Source: a virus
Reading direction: 5' to 3' (one strand)
DNA length: 64,000 nt
Virus record (IMG/VR): IMGVR_UViG_3300026097_000008
Location: 32,001 to 96,000 of that record
The notes under the pieces are model-generated. The model saw nothing but the letters and a program-made list of their open reading frames with translations, searched no databases and had not been told where the DNA came from. Position 1 is the stretch's first letter. Every line of letters begins with the position of its first letter. This document shows positions 58,801-64,000 of this stretch, piece by piece. The translations under genes were made by a program, and so were the position numbers.

Positions 58801-61800
58801 CCAAACTGTCCGTACGAGTTGTTTCCGTTTGTAGCGCGAATAATTCCGCCGTCTTCTGCTAAGTATCCAACTTGCGCATAATATGTAAACACAGATACAA
58901 GTTCTGCCCTTCCATTATTCAAAACCCAAGCGCCAATTCCATCACTAATAACTTGCGTAAAATCGTTTGAAGTCATAGATTTATTACCGCCATTGTGTAG
59001 ATTGCCGTCGATTTTTTGTCCTATGGCTGCGGTTCCTAGAGTTGTCACACCTTGTATGTACGGAGAACGATTGTTGATCCATGTTCTTTCGTCTGCTGGT
59101 CCCCAACCTGGATCTAAAGAACAATATGCTCCTCCTGTTGGTCTTTGGAACTGTGCAAACACACCTGGAGGATTAAGTCCACCGCGCAATCCGTCGACAG
59201 TACAGTTTCTTAACCCTGTAGTGTCTCTTAGATAGAACATGTCGTCAATTTGACTTCCTAGAACCTGACTTGCAAATCTTCTGCCTGCAAGAGTAGTTGC
59301 ATAATTACCGCTAAAGGTTAAATCTCTATTAAAGGCTCTAATTAGAGAATATACGTCTGCTTTTATATTATCCGGGTAAAAGGTTATCGACGGATATGTA
59401 TCTTCTAAAAAGCCTATGATTTCGTTGTATATAAATTCTCTATTTGCTTGTAAAATAGCACCTGCATTAGCAATATCTTGATCAGGGTTTGCTTCGTTGG
59501 ATCCTGTCACAGTAGGATTATTACCGCCTGATAGTAATCTAGCTTCTATTGTGTTTTTGTAATCTGTAATCAAAGCACTTGTTGCGTTAGTGCCATCTAG
59601 ATTTGAAGATGCTAGAGTTTTATTTTGGCCAACACCGCCTGTATATCCGCCACTTACATCTTGATTAGTAAGTAAATTATTTAAGAAAGTAAGAACATAA
59701 TCTAAATATGCCGAGACGTAAGTATAATGTCCGTCGTATTCGGTTTTTGGACTATTTGCAATTATTGTTGTAGATCTTAATTCGTCGCCCATTACTACAC
59801 AACCCGCAGGTATAATAATAGGACAATTTTCTTCATATCTTCCTGTTGCAATTGATACCTTTGTCGGAGTAAGAGCAGGTATGTTATCCTCTATATATTC
59901 GCATGCATGTCTAATTGTTTTGAATGGAGAGTATAATGTTCCATTTCCTGTAATATCACTTCCTTTTGTAGAAACATAGATTACTTCGGCATCGTTAGTG
60001 ACTTCTCGCCAAAATACTTCTAGTTCTTCACTTACCGAAAGTTTCTGATTTGCTGTTCCAATAGGTATGCGCAACGAACCTTCGGTACTGCCGTCTCCTA
60101 CATTTTCTCTGTTTAGACCGTATGATAATAAATCACCAATTTGAAGCATTCCGCCTGGCTGGCCAGCTTGTATGAGTGTATCCCAGAAATTAAAAGTATT
60201 TCCGTTATCTCCTGGAAAATTTAAATTTGACGAAATATGTTCGATATTACACACATAGGCTGTACCTAGATAACTTACAACTTCTCCTACAGAATACCTT
60301 TGTCCAGATTGCCACTGACTCGAAAATACATTTCCAGGTAGTAGTAATTCCCACTGAGCTGTATCAACTTCTGTACCTTCGTCTACTATAATGTTAAGTT
60401 GATTTCCTTGATTTGCATTGAAATGACCATAGTAATATAATGTATCCGGTGCGTCAAGTGGCACTGAAAATTCTATTGTACGCACTGTAGCATTTTGAAA
60501 TCCTGTGATATATTGATCTACAGTTAACTCACGACCGTCTAATTTGTAAACTACGCCAGTTGTGTAAGCTGTACCACCCAGCACTAAATCTCCATCCTCA
60601 CTAGTACTAAATTTAAGTGGATGATATAGTGGATCATCCTCTCCTATAAGAGAATATTCGTTGTTAGAGGAATCAGATTGATCAAATATATAAGTAGCTC
60701 CCTTGATTAGATCAAGCTGTGGTTTTTCTACTCCGTCTATATAAAATGCTCCTGCATTTTGATTTGATGCATTATCTAGTCCTACCGTGATTACTTTTGT
60801 AAGGTTTTTTGCGCTTTCATCTATATCAGTAAGTGCTTGATAAAGTCTGCCGCCTCTAAGAATTATATCACCTGGACGATATTCTGTTTCAAGATTCCAT
60901 TCGTTTGTAGCGTATATGCTTAATGAATTCCCCTGATTAAGACCGTTATGACCAAAATAATACAGGGTAGCCGGCGCACCAAAGTCAACGGTTATTTCAA
61001 CTGTGCGTGTAGAAGCTGCTTCGAACCCGTTCATATAATCATTCATAGATACAGCGACACCGTCTAATTTATAAACAACTCCTGTAGAATAATGACTAAT
61101 AACGTCATTATTTCTACCATCACTTATTGTACTAAACATAAATGGATGATATGTTCCTCCAAAGCTACTATTTGTAGCATCAGATTGATCAAAAATGTAA
61201 GTTGATCCTTTTACTAGATCCAGTGTAGGTTTTTCGACACCGTCTATATAAAATACGCCAGTCGCAAGTCCATTAACTGTATCCGTACCTACTGTCACAG
61301 TCTTTTGCACTAATCTACTAGATCTAAAGTTATATGTTTTTGATAATAAAGACCAATATATAATAGGTATTTGTACCGTAATAGACGATGCTCCTGCTAT
61401 ACCAGTTTGATTTTCACTTGCATAATAAAGTGTTTCGGGTGTACCTGTATTAATAGCGATTCTTAGTTCTCGCTGTGATGCTGCGTCAAATCCTGCTACA
61501 TATGCAGCTCGATTCGCTACTTGAACTCCATCTAGAAAGTATGTGACTCCGGTACTATAAGCAGTGCCGTCACCTAATATTCCATCTTGTGTCGTGCTTA
61601 AATCTAGCGGATAACCGTCATTGGTTGCAGAATCCTGATTAAATATATAAATTCCATTAGGCACAAATGTTAGATTTGGTGTTTGTGTATCGTCTATAAG
61701 ATAAACATCTCCGCTTCCTCCGTCCTCAACTGTGACAGTATATGTAGTAGTCACGACGGTTTCACTATCTTCTTGTTCAGCTGAGGTTGATGGTAATTGA

Positions 61801-62573
61801 TTACTATTAGTTAAATTTGCATAATATAAATATCCGCCGTATCTTACAACATCACCAACTTGATATGTTTCTGAACTTGACCAATCTTTTTCGTGTTGAT
61901 ATCCTGGAAATTCCAATGTAAAATTTGTTGTACTAAAAGAACTTGTAGAAGTATGTGTTGTATTACATACAAAAATACTTCCGCCATATTTTACTCTATC
62001 GTTTTTTCTATAAGCAGTACTAGAAGTCCAAGCTCCTTTATAGTCTACGCCTTCATAAAATTCTCGCCAGTCGCTAATATTATCCTCTAATAACGATCCT
62101 GAATTGTGTGCAGTTATACATTCGTATACATAGCCGTTATATTTTACAATTGCACCAGGAGCGTAATCTATGCTAGTATTCCAATCTCCTAGATAATCGA
62201 TACTTGCAGCAAACACAGTCCAATTAGAATAATCAGTGACAAAGGATGTAGAAGAATGACTAGCGGTACAAAGATATAGATGACCGTTATAAAGCACTAT
62301 ATCACCTAAATTATAATTTACAGAAGTTATCCAATCACCGAGGAAAGATCTACCGCTAGTCATTACTACCCAACGAGGTTGCGGTTGCGGAGGATTAGAC
62401 CCTGGTAATATAGCATTTAGATCATTACGAAATGCACTATCTGCAACGTGTGCTATCAAACAAACATAACTTTTTCCGTTAACACGAATAATGTCATCTC
62501 TTCTATAACTTGCTGCGGCTGTCCACTCACCTCGCCATCTATATTTAAATTTATCTAAACTAAATTCTGACAT
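55848..62573 (-). CDS. Giant virion fibre/appendage protein: seven CBM5/12-like repeats, three degenerate cupredoxin-like inserts, beta-helix, Asp-box propeller
   Basis: Repeats visible in translation; collinear homology with 53422-55803 plus 47210-53422 (MGDELRS, SLDPGWGP, GHDFLDIGTGNF, TDQDGNFR). Confidence 0.8.
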   Translation of the reverse strand: MSEFSLDKFKYRWRGEWTAAASYRRDDIIRVNGKSYVCLIAHVADSAFRNDLNAILPGSNPPQPQPRWVVMTSGRSFLGDWITSVNYNLGDIVLYNGHLYLCTASHSSTSFVTDYSNWTVFAASIDYLGDWNTSIDYAPGAIVKYNGYVYECITAHNSGSLLEDNISDWREFYEGVDYKGAWTSSTAYRKNDRVKYGGSIFVCNTTHTSTSSFSTTNFTLEFPGYQHEKDWSSSETYQVGDVVRYGGYLYYANLTNSNQLPSTSAEQEDSETVVTTTYTVTVEDGGSGDVYLIDDTQTPNLTFVPNGIYIFNQDSATNDGYPLDLSTTQDGILGDGTAYSTGVTYFLDGVQVANRAAYVAGFDAASQRELRIAINTGTPETLYYASENQTGIAGASSITVQIPIIYWSLLSKTYNFRSSRLVQKTVTVGTDTVNGLATGVFYIDGVEKPTLDLVKGSTYIFDQSDATNSSFGGTYHPFMFSTISDGRNNDVISHYSTGVVYKLDGVAVSMNDYMNGFEAASTRTVEITVDFGAPATLYYFGHNGLNQGNSLSIYATNEWNLETEYRPGDIILRGGRLYQALTDIDESAKNLTKVITVGLDNASNQNAGAFYIDGVEKPQLDLIKGATYIFDQSDSSNNEYSLIGEDDPLYHPLKFSTSEDGDLVLGGTAYTTGVVYKLDGRELTVDQYITGFQNATVRTIEFSVPLDAPDTLYYYGHFNANQGNQLNIIVDEGTEVDTAQWELLLPGNVFSSQWQSGQRYSVGEVVSYLGTAYVCNIEHISSNLNFPGDNGNTFNFWDTLIQAGQPGGMLQIGDLLSYGLNRENVGDGSTEGSLRIPIGTANQKLSVSEELEVFWREVTNDAEVIYVSTKGSDITGNGTLYSPFKTIRHACEYIEDNIPALTPTKVSIATGRYEENCPIIIPAGCVVMGDELRSTTIIANSPKTEYDGHYTYVSAYLDYVLTFLNNLLTNQDVSGGYTGGVGQNKTLASSNLDGTNATSALITDYKNTIEARLLSGGNNPTVTGSNEANPDQDIANAGAILQANREFIYNEIIGFLEDTYPSITFYPDNIKADVYSLIRAFNRDLTFSGNYATTLAGRRFASQVLGSQIDDMFYLRDTTGLRNCTVDGLRGGLNPPGVFAQFQRPTGGAYCSLDPGWGPADERTWINNRSPYIQGVTTLGTAAIGQKIDGNLHNGGNKSMTSNDFTQVISDGIGAWVLNNGRAELVSVFTYYAQVGYLAEDGGIIRATNGNNSYGQFGSIAEGNDPTETPQTISVFNRNNEAQVVEAFAGGPTDKIFALEYSHTGENYTTATAEITGAGADANVLFTDFRDGALFQARLVNSSGSGSEGGSNYLVKQNSAQTTTSAEDRIILNTNETTQFLSEIDGMRILIVAGDGIGQYGIVNGYDQASKVCDVIKESDGTPGWDHILPGTPIESELDSTAVYRIEPRLTTNHPGFTTTLRNLPSNRTYSDAAFGGITETFTGIDLNTGTGETFDGEAVAATVTVVQNSGIYTVTLTDPGAGYAINDTFTILGTELGGATPDNDLVLTVTDVSDDSTNSIQTFSQSGTGREGRIVAAAEPNYAQWSDDGQSWSETNLPFNGPFRKVLNGNGKFVIVPESGNTVAWSETGATWTTRSLPVDETWIDGVFGGGRFVVLAQSLTGNSVVYSPNGLTWSSASLPAGSDSTVDQYQAIAHGAGKFVAITGSQTRDVAVSDNGATWTLNSGVLPAGDYDWAGMAFGNNRFLAIAKDGSTAYSLDHGATWYTGTNAPDGVSVSSPDTDLTFHDIKFSQGVFFVTAQDSNGGSLYVATTEDGLYWYERTLGSPGVNKVATFSNFDHIGRWHVFANDATTGGLNEVYTGAQAKLRADVFQGSFRNIKIWDPGSGYSDDNPITITVTDNQFITEVETDNRIGNGVLTQPDFVNRGTGYRTSTSTIEILGDGFADIVPEANTVTVTGVSVVPGPGAQVRFDTIDDINTLDPNDKKLFSAVGVEDLGEDDTGNGTRLVRFTISPSLKNEDNLAHDTSATLRTKFSQCRISGHDFLDIGTGNFLETNYPEIYAGGNFFTAAPENEVLEVDGGRVFYTSTDQDGNFRAGELFSVDQATGIVTISAEFFDLDGLSELALGGVRLGGSGTVVSEFSTDPTFAADSNNVIPTQRAIATFLADRLSVGGSDLEAGGIQAGQVLIGTENNVIDNVSDGYVNIPVDVQFFTSDENGNITDIQGTIISQMLYFRTFNDTIQ

Positions 62574-62574
62574 T

Positions 62575-63012
62575 TTAGTATCCTTCGTTTGGTTGGCTAT
62601 ATGTTGTAATTACATCTGTGTCTGGTCCGTCACCGTATGCAGGAGATGATATATTTGTTGGATATGTGTATGTTTCTGATAATCTCTGAATAAACTGGCC
62701 GTCACTAGGGTCTATAAAATATGTTAAACTTCTGTTATCCCATCTAAATTGCGGATAACGTAAATTGTCGTTTACAATTTCGTGATCTTCGTTAATTCCT
62801 GCCAGGTAATTAATACCTTCTTCAAAATCAAGATAGTTTTCTGCTGCTACACCAATATCGTTTATTACAGCAATATTTTCGTCGCCTCCTGATAACTGAT
62901 CTATTTTTACTAAAAAAAGTTCACCGTCGTCATTTCTACGCATACCATACATATATCTTTTAATAAAACCGTTGATTACGTCAGTAGGACTTGTTCCTAT
63001 ATAATATGTCAT
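62575..63012 (-). CDS. Hypothetical structural protein
   Basis: 145-aa ORF coupled to neighbours in the structural operon. Confidence 0.7.
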   Translation of the reverse strand: MTYYIGTSPTDVINGFIKRYMYGMRRNDDGELFLVKIDQLSGGDENIAVINDIGVAAENYLDFEEGINYLAGINEDHEIVNDNLRYPQFRWDNRSLTYFIDPSDGQFIQRLSETYTYPTNISSPAYGDGPDTDVITTYSQPNEGY

Positions 63013-63341
63013 TATGTTATCTCCACATAGCTTACTACTACGTCAACTGCATCATCTACACTCGACCTTACAAGCAATCTATTACTAGGTGCAAGTACTA
63101 GTTTTTCACCTGTACTCACTGCTCTCAAACTAGTTCCTGCTGGTAAAATACTATCTTTTAGATAGTAGCCGCTAACACTAGTATCGTCTTCAACTAACAC
63201 ATCTACGTAAACAAACTGATTTGTTAGATTTGTAAAACTTAAACCAAGTATTGTGACTCTGGTTGTCGGTAGTGTTTCGTAAATTAACACAGGTACTGTA
63301 CCACAATTTTTTATTACTGTATTTTTTAATAGTGTTGCCAT
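63012..63341 (-). CDS. Small beta-rich structural protein; paralogue of 46868-47188
   Basis: IYETLP...FTNLT...YLKD...KLVLAP...VVSYVEIT. Confidence 0.7.
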   Translation of the reverse strand: MATLLKNTVIKNCGTVPVLIYETLPTTRVTILGLSFTNLTNQFVYVDVLVEDDTSVSGYYLKDSILPAGTSLRAVSTGEKLVLAPSNRLLVRSSVDDAVDVVVSYVEIT

Positions 63342-63344
63342 TTT

Positions 63345-63998
63345 CTATCCAAATATTAAAACTTTTTCAATTGCTATATCTTCTGCATCTTGGAAGCTGA
63401 TACCACCTGATGCTCCAGCAACAGAAACCCAATTAGTCCCGTCAAATAATTCAACCCTTGCATCATCAGTATTGAAACGTATCATTCCTGTAACACCTGT
63501 TGGTCTAGTGACATTACCCCCAACTGGTAAAACTACTCCATAAGTTCCGTCTATGTTTACATAACCATCACCAGTCGTTGTGAAAGTAGTAATAGCATCT
63601 TCTACAGTATTAGTTATAGTATTGTCTTTAAATCCAAAATTCTCAAAAACAACTCTTCCAGTCCCTTGTGCAGATAATTGCAAATCAGTGTTTGTTGTAG
63701 TAGTACTTATCACATTACCATCTACTTCAATGTCATCTACGGTTACTCTATTCGCATTAAATCTAGACGAATCTATATCTGCTACTGCTACTCCGTCAAT
63801 ATAAAATCTTATGACGTTGTCATTTGCTCCGGGAGTAAGTTCTGCCGTAATACGAGTATTTCCGTCTAAATCTTGTAATCCATTTAGCCGTATCCAATTA
63901 GTGCCGTCGTATCCTTCAAATTGTGCAGTGTCACTGTTAAATCTAATTTGTCCTGCATTTGCGCTTGGTCGATCTCCTGTACCCCCTACAGGTAATTT
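63345..63998 (-). CDS. C-terminal part of a larger fibre/structural protein (5' end beyond window)
   Basis: Frame is open from the window end: KLPVGGTGDRP..GQIRFNSDTAQFEGYDGTNW...LPVGGNVTRPTGVTGMIRFNTD..ELFDGTNW; TAG stop. Confidence 0.8.
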   Translation of the reverse strand, partial: KLPVGGTGDRPSANAGQIRFNSDTAQFEGYDGTNWIRLNGLQDLDGNTRITAELTPGANDNVIRFYIDGVAVADIDSSRFNANRVTVDDIEVDGNVISTTTTNTDLQLSAQGTGRVVFENFGFKDNTITNTVEDAITTFTTTGDGYVNIDGTYGVVLPVGGNVTRPTGVTGMIRFNTDDARVELFDGTNWVSVAGASGGISFQDAEDIAIEKVLIFG

Positions 63999-64000
63999 GA

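Noticed and set aside
47226-62090. Numerous short plus-strand ORFs opposite the giant fibre genes
   Set aside because: Antisense shadows with no recognisable motifs, SD or promoters
1-64000. Stop-codon reassignment as in some large phages
   Set aside because: Core genes are intact under code 11, and TAA, TGA (e.g. 1685) and TAG (63345) all end genes with tight packing
1-64000. tRNA or rRNA genes
   Set aside because: Intergenic gaps are short and none shows a cloverleaf or rRNA-like sequence by eye; tRNAscan-SE would confirm

Overview
This window is a 64-kb segment of a large T4-like (myovirus, probably jumbo) bacteriophage genome. It is AT-rich, uses the standard genetic code and is mostly encoded on the minus strand. 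From left to right it contains: (1) a glycan-modification cluster with glycosyltransferases, a cytidylyltransferase-cupin fusion, an AsnB-like amidotransferase and two methyltransferases; (2) uvsY, uvsX and gp32; (3) packaging, head, neck and tail genes (terminase, gp4, tail tube, enlarged sheath, gp13/14/15), interspersed with probable internal-head proteins that carry LysM, peptidoglycan-binding, annexin-like and single-alpha-helix modules; (4) a ~33-kb fibre/appendage region. The fibre region includes an S8 protease and a sigma70-driven enzyme operon (U32-methyltransferase fusion, two 2OG-Fe(II) oxygenases, a flavin halogenase). It also has very large structural proteins with CBM5/12-like, beta-helix and Asp-box repeats. 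The most notable observations are tandem phycobiliprotein-like (C-x-R-D) helical domains in the giant fibre proteins, one of them split across two genes; mobile cupredoxin-like modules with intact type-1 copper ligand motifs; and a set of apparently leaderless late transcripts. All family assignments come from reading motifs by eye; no database searches were run.
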